A DNA stretch of 63,693 nt, counting the filler, from Babesia bigemina (taxonomy: Eukaryota), in NCBI RefSeq assembly GCF_000981445.1. It is 8 parts of 8 records of this genome, joined end to end, with 100 filler letters (N's around TTAATTAATTAA, not from the genome) between each part and the next. Parts side by side here need not be neighbours in the genome. Positions count along the whole stretch, not along the records: positions 1 to 4,519 come from NW_012237361.1; positions 4,620 to 8,047 come from NW_012237363.1; positions 8,148 to 33,904 come from NW_012237364.1; 5 more parts are not named here. One strand, 5' to 3'. The translations under genes and the position numbers were made by a program. Shown piece by piece: positions 1 to 9,639 of this stretch; the stretch's first letter is position 1; every line of letters begins with the position of its first letter. The notes under the pieces are model-generated. The model made no database searches. It was not told the DNA's origin and saw only the letters and a list, made by a program, of their open reading frames with translations.

Positions 1-475
1 CATTTGGTTGTTGCGTTGAGCTGTGCGTTGACTGTGAGAGGTGTCCGCGTTGCCCATTGAGTCAGTGTCACGTGAGGCTGGCTGATTGGTCGCTAACGTA
101 GGCGGTCGTGAGGGCCGCGGCGGGTGACCTAAGTCGTGTGTTGCGAGTCACTGGCAGGGTGGCGTAATACGCGTTGGCGTCGTTAAGTAGCGTTTATAGG
201 CGGCAATGTAGCGATTGTTAATATCACATTAGGCACGTAGCCGACACGCTCCGCCAGTATGGCGCCGATACCGCGGCTCGTAGCACGGTGCTGCTGCACT
301 GTGGGAGTTGAGCGCACGGGGTTCGCTGCAATTTTAATGGCGTTGCGTATAGTGAATAGTTTAGAGTGACAGTTGGTGCCGATCACATGCGTCGCGTCAG
401 GGCAGCTGTGGTATCCCGGGCAGCGTGGGTGTCGGTGGCCTGGGCTGGGGGGATACAGGGGTGAGAGTACGTGTT
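1..475 (+). promoter_or_regulatory. Conserved upstream region of the small Cys-rich gene family
   Basis: Strongly similar to the reverse complement of ~54900-55370 (e.g. CCGCGTTGCCCATTGAGT, GTGTCACGTGAGGCTGG, AGAGTGACAGTTGGTGCCGAT). Both copies precede the same repeat array and a homologous Cys-rich ORF. A regulatory role is inferred. Confidence 0.5.
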
Positions 476-720
476 GATGAGGGGACTGGGCGCGGCAGTG
501 GTAGTGTTGTAGTTGGTGAGTGCTACTTGAGTGATTGATATGTTTGCAGGTTGAGGGGACTGGGCGCGGCAGTGGTACGTGTTGCAGTAGGTGAGTGCTG
601 CTTGAGTGAGTGATAAGTTTGCAGGTTGAGGGGACTGGGCGCGGCAGTGTACGTGTTGCAGTAGGTGAGTGCTGCTTGAGTGATTGACATGGTTGCAGGT
701 TGAGGGGACTGGGAGGGGAG
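476..720 (+). repeat. ~75-bp tandem repeat; each unit is a 40-41 nt micro-exon plus a 34-nt GT-AG intron (putative introns 516-549, 591-624, 665-698)
   Basis: Units read GTTGAGGGGACTGGGCGCGGCAGT...G|GTGAGT...TTGCAG|. Three GTGAGT...TGCAG segments of exactly 34 nt. Confidence 0.7.
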
Positions 721-727
721 CAGGAAG

Positions 728-1162
728 ATGAGTGTTTGTAAGTGTGGCACAAATTGTCAAAAGAACAATTGTAGATGCTGCTACATATGTTGTAAAAAAT
801 GTCAAGGATGTTTTTCTATATGTCGCGACAGCTACAGTGAGCGCAGCACTGGATGGGGGGATTGCCATCCTGAGGATTGTGTTAAATGTAATGACGGCTG
901 TATGTGTAACTGTTGTGAACGGAAACGTGCTAAAACTTCCCGTCTCTCTACTTCCCCCCATGCCGGCCTTGCCCCCGGTGCCGCCTCCTCCCATGCTCAG
1001 CAGCACACCGGACAACTGCATTCCATCAGCCCCTCTGAATCACCATTTTCCCCCGTCCCTTACATCATCGTCCCCGTCGCCCTCATCATCATCGTCATCT
1101 GCGCCATGATATACTTCCGCATCCGGCCGTTCCACAGGGTGCGGTATCTACTGCGCAGCTGA
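728..1162 (+). CDS. Small Cys-rich protein with C-terminal TM helix and short basic tail (144 aa)
   Basis: ATG-to-TGA ORF with 18 Cys in the first 63 aa, a Ser/Pro linker, TM PYIIVPVALIIIVICAMIYF and tail RIRPFHRVRYLLRS. A homologue lies at 53739-54277(-). Confidence 0.7.
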   Translation: MSVCKCGTNCQKNNCRCCYICCKKCQGCFSICRDSYSERSTGWGDCHPEDCVKCNDGCMCNCCERKRAKTSRLSTSPHAGLAPGAASSHAQQHTGQLHSISPSESPFSPVPYIIVPVALIIIVICAMIYFRIRPFHRVRYLLRS

Positions 1163-1207
1163 TGACAATAACCGACTGGCAACTGACATCTAATGTTATA
1201 GACAGTA

Positions 1208-1399
1208 ATGATTGCGTTTATAATCAATCACCTGAGCAGTGAAGTAACTACTTCCCCCCAAGCCATCGCCGCCGTCATCGTTGGCATCATCGTCGCCATC
1301 ATCCTGCTCGACCTGTGCATCTTCCGCTTTCCGGTGGGCCGCAACATCCGCGATTTCCTCGTACGCAAGATACCCTTCTGCATCGCGTTCTACAGCTAA
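1208..1399 (+). pseudogene. Orphan TM-tail module, type B (IAAVIVGIIVAIILLDLCIFRFPVGRNIRDFLVRKIPFCIAFYS)
   Basis: Nearly identical to the C-terminus of the 54277(-) Cys-rich ORF but has no ectodomain. Confidence 0.55.
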
Positions 1400-1500
1400 A
1401 CTCAGCAATATGTTGGCGCTAACATTCTTAATCGAAATCCCACAGATCACCTGACTGGCGACTGACATCTAATGTTCTAGACAGAGTAGCAATTGCGTTG

Positions 1501-1653
1501 ATGATCAATGACATGAGCAGTGAGGTGACTACTCCCTCCTCCCCCGCCCCTTACATCATCGCTCCTATGCTCATCATCATCGTCGTCATCTGCGTCATGG
1601 TCTACTTCCGCATCCGGCCGTTACACAGGGTGCGGTATCTACTGCGCAGCTAA
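1501..1653 (+). pseudogene. Orphan TM-tail module, type A (PYIIAPMLIIIVVICVMVYFRIRPLHRVRYLLRS)
   Basis: Hand translation of ATG1501 to TAA1653. It is a paralogue of the C-terminus of 728-1162. Confidence 0.55.
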
Positions 1654-1760
1654 TCACGTTAACCTTATCGGCAACTGACATCTAATGTTGTAGACAGAGT
1701 AATGAATGCGTTGATGATAAATCGCCTGACCAAGTTAATGGTTACAGCAGCGATTATAAC

Positions 1761-1937
1761 TTAGCCCTCTGGCTCCTCTCTTTGCTGTACCTCATCCACA
1801 TCATGGTCATCCGCCTCGACCTGCTCCACATCAAATCGCATTTGCACAGTCCGTCAAGTCATAGAATTGCTGCTCAATCACTACTTGCTGCGGGACGTGT
1901 TAACAAGCTTAACAGAGTGTTTTATCTGCAGCCTTAA
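1761..1937 (+). pseudogene. ves1: ves1 3'-terminal fragment (TM plus cytoplasmic tail only)
   Basis: Encodes LALWLLSLLYLIHIMVIRLDLLHIKSHLHSPSSHRIAAQSLLAAGRVNKLNRVFYLQP*. The DNA and 3' flank match ~22075-22460. No in-frame ATG seen in the ~70 bp upstream. Confidence 0.8.
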
Positions 1938-2066
1938 TCGTACTCACGTGATTACTGTCTACACTCACCTAGCATCACCTACTCACCTATACAACTAATT
2001 GCTGTCTAATGTTTTAAATCACTCATTAATCGTCGTATGTGATTGCTTAGTTAGCATGTGGGTTAT

Positions 2067-2250
2067 GTGCTGACCTAGTGGCTGACCTACCACCTGACCA
2101 ATGCCATGACCAAAGTGCTGACCGAGGTGCTGACCAAAGTGGTGACCAAGGTGGTGACCTATGTGCTGACCAATGCCATGACCAACGTGTTGACCAATGT
2201 GCTGACCAATGTGGTGACCAAGGTGCTGACCAATGTGCTGACCAAGTTGA
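2067..2250 (+). repeat. 12-bp TGACC-core tandem repeat (GTGCTGACCAAT family), ves1 3' flank
   Basis: Direct inspection. Recurs at ~22375-22600, ~29750-29812 and inverted at ~34608-34780. Confidence 0.85.
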
Positions 2251-2475
2251 TGGTCACGGCAGCGATGACAGTGGTCACGGCAGCGATGTCTTGGTCACGG
2301 CAGCGATGTCTTGGTCACGGCAGCGATGACATGGTCAAGGCAGCGGTGACATGGTTACGGCAGCGGTGACATGGTTACAGCAGCGATGTCTTGGTCACTG
2401 CAGCGATGACATGGACACAGCAGCGATGACATGGTCACTGCAGCGATGACATGGTCACGGCAGCGATGACAGTGG
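2251..2475 (+). repeat. 20-bp tandem repeat GGTCACGGCAGCGATGACAT
   Basis: Direct inspection. Same unit at 29813-30099. Confidence 0.85.
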
Positions 2476-2508
2476 TGACCAAGTTGATGACCTAAGTAGT
2501 GATTATTA

Positions 2509-2936
2509 TCCACTCTACATCGCCCCTTAACCACCTTACATCGCCCCTTTACCCACTCCTCATCGCTCCCTAACCCACTCCTCATCGCTCCTTAGTCCAC
2601 TCTACATCGCTCCTTAGTCCACTCTACATCGCTCCTCTATCCACTCTACATCGCCCCTTAACCCACTCTACATCGCCCCTTTATCCACCTTCCATCGCTC
2701 CTTTATCCACTCTACATCGCTCCTTTATCCACTCTACATCGCCCCTTTACCCACTCTACATCGCTCCCTAATCCACTCTACATCGCTCCCTAACCCACTC
2801 TACATCGCTCCTTAACCCACTCTACATCGCTCCCTAACCCACTCTACATCGCTCCTTTACCCACTCTACATCGCCCCTTTACCCACTCCACATCGCTCCT
2901 TTATCCACTCTACATCACCCCTTTACCCACGCTACA
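2509..2936 (+). repeat. 22-bp C-rich tandem array CCACTCTACATCGC(C/T)CCTTAAC, upstream of a ves1 cassette
   Basis: Direct inspection. Confidence 0.9.
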
Positions 2937-2966
2937 TCCCTTGAATCACCTCGCCATATTACCGCT

Positions 2967-4519
2967 ATGACCTCTATAAACCATCCTAATAACTTGTGCC
3001 TTGTCACCCTTCCCTTCCCTTCTTCCACCTCTTGCCACTGCCCTGACCATGTGCCTCCTAGGGAGCTTGACAAGAAATTTGATGAAAATAAAAAGTGCGA
3101 AATAACCTCAAATAACAATCCTACTAACATCCTTACTAACCTCTGCACTGGCCTCGAAACCTTCCTCGGCTTTAACCCTGAGACAAAAGGCTACGACGGC
3201 AGTGGCATTGTGTACTCTGACCTTGACAGGCTGTGTGATGCAGTGATGGGATTTTTGAGTGGTGTTCTCAGTAACATCAAAGACCATTTAGGGCAGCATA
3301 AAGATACTTTAGAAGATGCAATTGACACTCTTAACACCAATAAACACGCCGGTAAAAAAGGTTTTAGTGTTGCGATTGTAAAGGTGGTCGAAGGGGTGGG
3401 GAGGTATAATAAGGCAGTTAAAAAGTCAAATGATCAAGTTAAAAACATCGTCACAGATCTACAAGGCTACACTGAAAATGGAGGTAAGTTACGTGTTTAT
3501 CTTAATACTTTGCAGAATCTGGAGAGCTCTTCACATGAAGATGTTAACAAGGCCAAGCAGCAAGTGGAAGAGAAGCTGCAAGAATCCCAACGGGAAGCGA
3601 GAAACTTCACTGACGCATTAGATACAACAAATACTAAAAATCTTAATGTAGACGCCATTAATGATCTTAATGATAAAGTAAAACAGAAACTTGCTAACGT
3701 GCGTAGTACTGTGATGTATGAAAACGGGCGGTTGGAGGCGGTCAAGGCGCACGCAGAGGGGGAGTTGGCAGAGACGATAAAAAAAGTTGGTGAAGCGTTA
3801 AGGGCGTTGAAAGTAAGTGTAGATTGTAATATAAGTGAACAAGTGACATTGCTGGTTAATGATTTGAAAACAAGGGTAGAGAAGATTTTGCAACTCTTGA
3901 AGACCATTCATAGTATGCTGATCGCTTACGTTCAAGAGGTGGGTGAGTGGATTACCAAGGCAGAACCAGCCGTTCACGCAGCGTTGGAGAAAGTGGAACA
4001 AATAATTAGGGAAGCGAATGCAGGTGACCAGAGCAAACAACCGGCGCAGATTATAGCGGTGGCCGACCAGTTGAAAGTGCAGGCTGACTTACTGTATGCA
4101 TCTGGTACTGCGGCGAAGGAGAGAGTTATTGCGGAAGTGAAAACAGCGCTTGAGGCTGTGAGAAAAATGGATGGGGAATTGAAGGAGGATTTGTATGGAG
4201 TTAAGAAAGCAGTAGAGGGGCAGGTTACTAAAATTAAGGAGGCGATCGGACAAGTGTACTTATAATGTAACCGGCAAGCAAGGTCCAGTAGGAGAGGAGA
4301 ATAAGAGTATCGAAAAGGTGATAGAACACTTTAAAGACAAGATATACGATATTGAGGGGCATGTTGGTGAAGCGATTAACGGTGGAGGACCTCTGGCTGG
4401 TACGGATGACAGCATATATAACAACTGGGGTGCTCTAAGAAGTAAAATAATGACGGCGGTCAATGAAATTTTTTAATAAGGAAAAGAGCCAAAATAGTAC
4501 TTACCTTGGACAAAATTCA
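2967..4519 (+). pseudogene. ves1: 5'-truncated ves1-family cassette (runs off contig end)
   Basis: Contains NLCTGLETFLGF...GIVYSDLDRLCD followed by a helical/coiled-coil region. It lacks the MRHVPKKLTDCPENLRESIDWL N-terminus. Frame breaks after 4265 lie near the contig end. Confidence 0.7.
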
Positions 4520-4619
4520 NNNNNNNNNNNNNNNNNNNNNNNNNNNNNNNNNNNNNNNNNNNNTTAATTAATTAANNNNNNNNNNNNNNNNNNNNNNNNN
4601 NNNNNNNNNNNNNNNNNNN
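4520..4619. other. Artificial contig linker (44N + TTAATTAATTAA + 44N)
   Basis: Six-frame stop spacer flanked by N runs, repeated identically 7 times in the window. Confidence 0.97.
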
Positions 4620-6100
4620 CCACTTTACATCGCCCCTTATCCACTCTACATCGCACCCTTATCCACTTTACATCGCCCCTTAACCCACTCTACATCGCCC
4701 CTTTATCCACTCTACATCGCTCCCTAACCCACTCTACATCGCCCCTTATCCACTCTACATCGCCCCTTAACCCACTCCACATCGCCCCTTAACCCACTCT
4801 ACATCGCCGCTTTACCCACTCTACATCGTTCCTTAATCCACTCTACATCGCTCCTTAACCCACTCTTCATCGCCCCTTAACCCACTCTACATCGCCCCTT
4901 ATCCACTACACATCGCTCCTTAACCCACTCTACATCGCCGCTTTACCCACTCTACATCGTTCCTTAATCCACTCTACATCGCTCCTTAACCCACTCTACA
5001 TCGCTCCCTAACCCACTCTACATCGCCCCTTTACCCACTCTACATCGCTCCTTAGTCCACCCTACATCGCTCCCTTATCCACTCTACATCGCCCCTTTAC
5101 CCACTCTACATCGCCCCTTAATCCACTCTACATCGCCCCTTAACCCACCCTACATCGCTCCCTTGTCCACTCTACATCGCTCCTTAACCCACTCTACATC
5201 GCTCCTTAACCCACTCTACATCGCTCCCTAACTCACTCTACATCGCTCCCTAACCCACTCCACATCGCCCCTTAACCCACTCTACATCGCTCCTTTATCC
5301 ACTCTACATCGCCCCTTAACCCACTCCTCATCGCCCCTTTATCCACCTTACATCGCCCCTTTACCCACTCCACATCGCCCCTTAACCCACTCTACATCGC
5401 CCCTTAACCCACTCCACATCGCTCCCTAACCCACTCTACATCGCTCCCTAACCCACTCAACATCGCCCCTTAACCCACTCTACATCGCCCCTTTATCCAC
5501 TCCACATCGCTCCCTAACCCACTCTACATCGCCCCTTTATCCACTCCACATCGCTCCCTAACCCACTCTACATCGCTCCCTAACCCACTCAACATCGCCC
5601 CTTAACCCACTCTACATCGCCCCTTTATCCACTCCACATCGCTCCCTAACCCACTCTACATCGCTCCCTAACCCACTCAACATCGCCCCTTAACCCACTC
5701 TACATCGCCCCTTAATCCACTCTACATCGCTCTTTTATCCACTCTACATCGCTCCCTAACCCACTCTACATCGCTCTTTTATCCACTCTACATCGCCCCT
5801 TAACCCACTCTACATCGCTCCTTTATCCACTCTACATCGCTCCTTAACCCACTCTACATCGCCCCTTAACCCACTCTACATCGCCCCTTAACCCACTCTA
5901 CATCGCTCCCTTATCCACTCTACATCGCTCCCTAACCCACTCTACATCGCTCCCTAACCCACTCTACATCGCTCCCTAACCCACTCTACATCGCCCCTTA
6001 AACCACTCTACATCGCCCCTTAACCCACTCTACATCGCCCCTTAACCCACTCCACATCGCTCCCTTACCCACTCTACATCGCCCCTTAACCCACTCTACA
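4620..6100 (+). repeat. 22-bp C-rich tandem array (~1.5 kb)
   Basis: CCACTCTACATCGCNCCTTAAC units. The first ~1.18 kb match 22607-23789 almost variant for variant. Confidence 0.92.
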
Positions 6101-6191
6101 TCCCTCGAATCACCTCGCCATATTACCGCTATGACCTCTTTAAACCACAATAAAAACTTGTGCCTTGTCCCCCTTCACCTCCCCTTCTGAC

Positions 6192-8047
6192 TGAGTCCAT
6201 CGACTGGTTGATCCAGGTTAGGTATGGGAATGGTGATGGTGGTGATGGTCTTGACCAGTTGTCTCAAGCTTTGAAAAAGTTGATTGAGGAGGCTATTGAG
6301 AAGGCTGAAAAGTCCCTTAAAGCCGAAAAAGATAAACTTGAATGCCCCTTCAAATACTCTGATAAGGAGACTTACTGTCAGTACTACCAGAGACTGCATG
6401 ACGAGGCTGAGAAAAAATTCAAAGAATCCAAAAAAACCGTTGAAAATATCCCAGATAATCATAGTATTAACTTCTATAAAACATGTCTAGAAGATTGTAT
6501 AAAGGCTCACCAAAAACATCCTCCATCTGCTGCCTTGAAGTCTGTTGAAGAGAAGATTGTCCAGCTTGGTCACCTTGCTGGCCAGCTTGGAGGATTTGTT
6601 GGTCAAAGTGAGAGTGTTAAGAAAGCTGTCAAGAATGCTATTATCGCTAAAATTAACAGTAATGAAGAGCTTAAACATCTTTACTCTTCTCTTGTTACTA
6701 ACCTTTCTGAGTCTGTCAAGTCTGCTGGCCAGGCTGATGACACCGGAAAAATTAGTGAGCTAAAAAGTAAAATTACCACTGAAATTAAGCTTACTGAAGA
6801 GACAATGAAGAAGCTTAAACCTTCTGTAATTAACTCTCCTTCTTCCCCCTCTCCCTCTGCTGAGTCAGACAAATTGCACTCCAAGTTGCAGGCTTTGGAG
6901 AAAGTGGAGAAGCTTTGTGAAAATTATGAGAAACTTAAAACTTCTGATAATAACCCAAAAAATCTCTTAGATAATTTATGTGACGGCCTCGAAACCTTCC
7001 TCGGCTTCAACTCTGCTTCCAAAGGCTACGATGGCACTGGGATAGTGTACTCCGACTTGGATAGGCTGTGTGACGGGGTGATGGGATTTTTGAGTGGAGT
7101 GCTTGGTGCGGTGAAAAACACTCAGACATACAATGTCGGTAAAAATACATTACAAAACTTGGTAAGTAATGAAATTAACAATCATCTTTGCTCAGGGCAC
7201 GAGGGCTTTAAAAGGCTTTTCGAAAAGTTGCCCAAGGAAATCGAGAAGTATAACAGGGACGTGAAAAAACAGAATGATGATATCACAGCCAAGATAAACA
7301 ATTTAGAGATGCAGTTAAATACCATGAATGATAAGGTAAGTAAAGTTTTAGAAAATGATGCTGTTTCAGGTACAACCAAGAAATCCGTGCAGGCTGTGAC
7401 GTACAGTGAGGAGCACGTGGAATACGCTGTGATAAATATTAGGCAGTATCTTCGTGACTGTCAATATAATGCCGATAGATTCAACGAAGCATTCGACCTA
7501 GAACAAAGATTAGACATGCAAACTGCTGTTAATGATCTTAACTCTAAGTTACGTAATGATGTACTTGTAGCCACGAAGGCAGTCAAACATGAAACACAGC
7601 GACTTGAGCAGTTGGCGCAGAAGGAGTGGGATGACTATAAATACATGAAGAGAACGGTGAGAGCAACGATGGAGAGTCTGAAATTATCAGTTAACGGTGA
7701 GGTAAAATACCAGGTAGATGAACTAGTTAAGAAATTGAAAGAGAAGGTTACGGAAATGAAAAATAACCTTGACCCAATTAGAGACAATCTCGGGGAATAC
7801 ATCGGACATTTGACTGCGTGGAAGTCAGCAGGCGACACAGCCGTTTCGACAGGCGAAGTCGCAGTCTGACGAGATGCTTTCGAAGTCGATCGGGAGGGAT
7901 TATCAACAAAATTCCGGGTATAAAGAAGGCGCTCAATAAACGCGGCAAAAGCCTTTCAACAGAGGGCGCAAGAGGTGAGCAACGAATGCGTAACAGGCTT
8001 AGCTGCAATTGGGCAGCAGTTTCAAGAGCGCTGACGTCGTCGCGGTT
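6192..8047 (+). pseudogene. ves1: Start-less ves1 cassette beginning at the 43-bp junction element (truncated by contig end)
   Basis: Frame opens at ESIDWLIQVRYGNG with no in-frame ATG upstream. From GIVYSDLDRL onward it is near-identical to the 16127 gene. Confidence 0.8.
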
Positions 8048-8147
8048 NNNNNNNNNNNNNNNNNNNNNNNNNNNNNNNNNNNNNNNNNNNNTTAATTAAT
8101 TAANNNNNNNNNNNNNNNNNNNNNNNNNNNNNNNNNNNNNNNNNNNN
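8048..8147. other. Artificial contig linker
   Basis: 44N-TTAATTAATTAA-44N. Confidence 0.97.
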
Positions 8148-9639
8148 CATCTTATCTTATTCAGCTACTCATCTTATCTTATTCAGCTACTCATCTTATC
8201 TTATTCAGCTACTCATCTTCCTGTTTCTGGCCTTAGATAAGCCTTGATTCTAATTTGCCTTGTTATTGCTACTCATCTTATTCAGCTACTCATCTTATCT
8301 TATTCAGCTACTCATCTTCCTGTTTCTGGCCTTAGATAAGCCTTGATTCTAATTTGCCTTGTTATTGCTACTCATCTTATTCAGCTACTCATCTTATCTT
8401 ATTCAGCTACTCATCTTATCTTATTCAGCTACTCATCTTATCTTATTCAGCTACTCATCTTATCTTATTCAGCTACTCATCTTATCTTATTCAGCTACTC
8501 ATCTTATCTTATTCAGCTACTCATCTTATCTTATTCAGCTACTCATCTTATCTTATTCAGCTACTCATCTTCCTGTTTCTGGCCTTAGATAAGCCTTGAT
8601 TCTAATTTGCCTTGTTATTGCTACTCATCTTATTCAGCTACTCATCTTATCTTATTCAGCTACTCATCTTATCTTATTCAGCTACTCATCTTATCTTATT
8701 CAGCTACTCATCTTATCTTATTCAGCTACTCATCTTATCTTATTCAGCTACTCATCTTATCTTATTCAGCTACTCATCTTATCTTATTCAGCTACTCATC
8801 TTATCTTATTCAGCTACTCATCTTATCTTATTCAGCTACTCATCTTATCTTATTCAGCTACTCATCTTATCTTATTCAGCTACTCATCTTCCTGTATCTG
8901 GCCTTAGATCAGACTTGATTCTAATTTGCCTTGATATTGCTACTCATCTTATCTTATTCAGCTACTCATCTTATCTTATTCAGCTACTCATCTTATCTTA
9001 TTCAGCTACTCATCTTATCTTATTCAGCTACTCATCTTCCTGTTTCTGGCCTTAGATAAGCCTTGATTCTAATTTGCCTTGTTATTGCTACTCATCTTAT
9101 TCAGCTACTCATCTTATCTTATTCAGCTACTCATCTTATCTTATTCAGCTACTCATCTTATCTTATTCAGCTACTCATCTTATCTTATTCAGCTACTCAT
9201 CTTATCTTATTCAGCTACTCATCTTATTCAGCTACTCATCTTATCTTATTCAGCTACTCATCTTATCTTATTCAGCTACTCATCTTATCTTATTCAGCTA
9301 CTCATCTTCCTGTTTCTGGCCTCACTTCGCTCGGCCTTAGATAAGCCTTGATTCTAATTTGCCTTGTTATTGCTACTCATCTTATCTTATTCAGCTACTC
9401 ATCTTATCTTATTCAGCTACTCATCTTATCTTATTCAGCTACTCATCTTCCTGTTTCTGGCCTCACTTCGCTCGGCCTTAGATAAGCCTTGATTCTAATT
9501 TGCCTTGTTATTGCTACTCATCTTATCTTATTCAGCTACTCATCTTATCTTATTCAGCTACTCATCTTATCTTATTCAGCTACTCATCTTCCTGTTTCTG
9601 GCCTTAGATAAGCCTTGATTCTAATTTGCCTTGTTATTG
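8148..9639 (+). repeat. Telomere-associated satellite: 22-bp CAGCTACTCATCTTATCTTATT runs punctuated by a ~49-bp constant spacer
   Basis: Same satellite directly abuts the telomere tract at 42411-46048. Confidence 0.9.

Noticed and set aside
183..1021. Minus-strand Pro/Ser/His-rich ORFs 183-752 and 383-1021, and 54241-55194(+)
   Set aside because: Read-through of the 75-bp repeat on the strand opposite the splice signals and the Cys-rich gene. Frames are not consistent between the two copies.
4262..4519. Premature stops or frameshifts in ves1 copies at 4265, 7869 and 53315
   Set aside because: All are within ~300 bp of contig ends where sequence visibly degrades (7845-8047 is a noisy version of 17790 onward). 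Probably low-quality read ends.
4564..4575. TTAATTAATTAA palindrome repeated seven times
   Set aside because: Assembly linker between N runs, not biological. Adjacency and orientation across gaps carry no information.
8343..9351. ORFs of LILSYSATHLILFSYSS repeats (also 42576-45760), and the SDLGPDLV ORFs at 57777-58816
   Set aside because: Translations of satellites that happen to lack stops, with non-ATG starts. The 22-bp satellite is open in all three frames.
8148..9639. CRISPR-like array (constant ~49-bp element recurring at intervals; also 42411-46048)
   Set aside because: The intervening sequences are tandem 22-bp repeats rather than unique spacers. No cas genes, and the context is a eukaryotic subtelomere.
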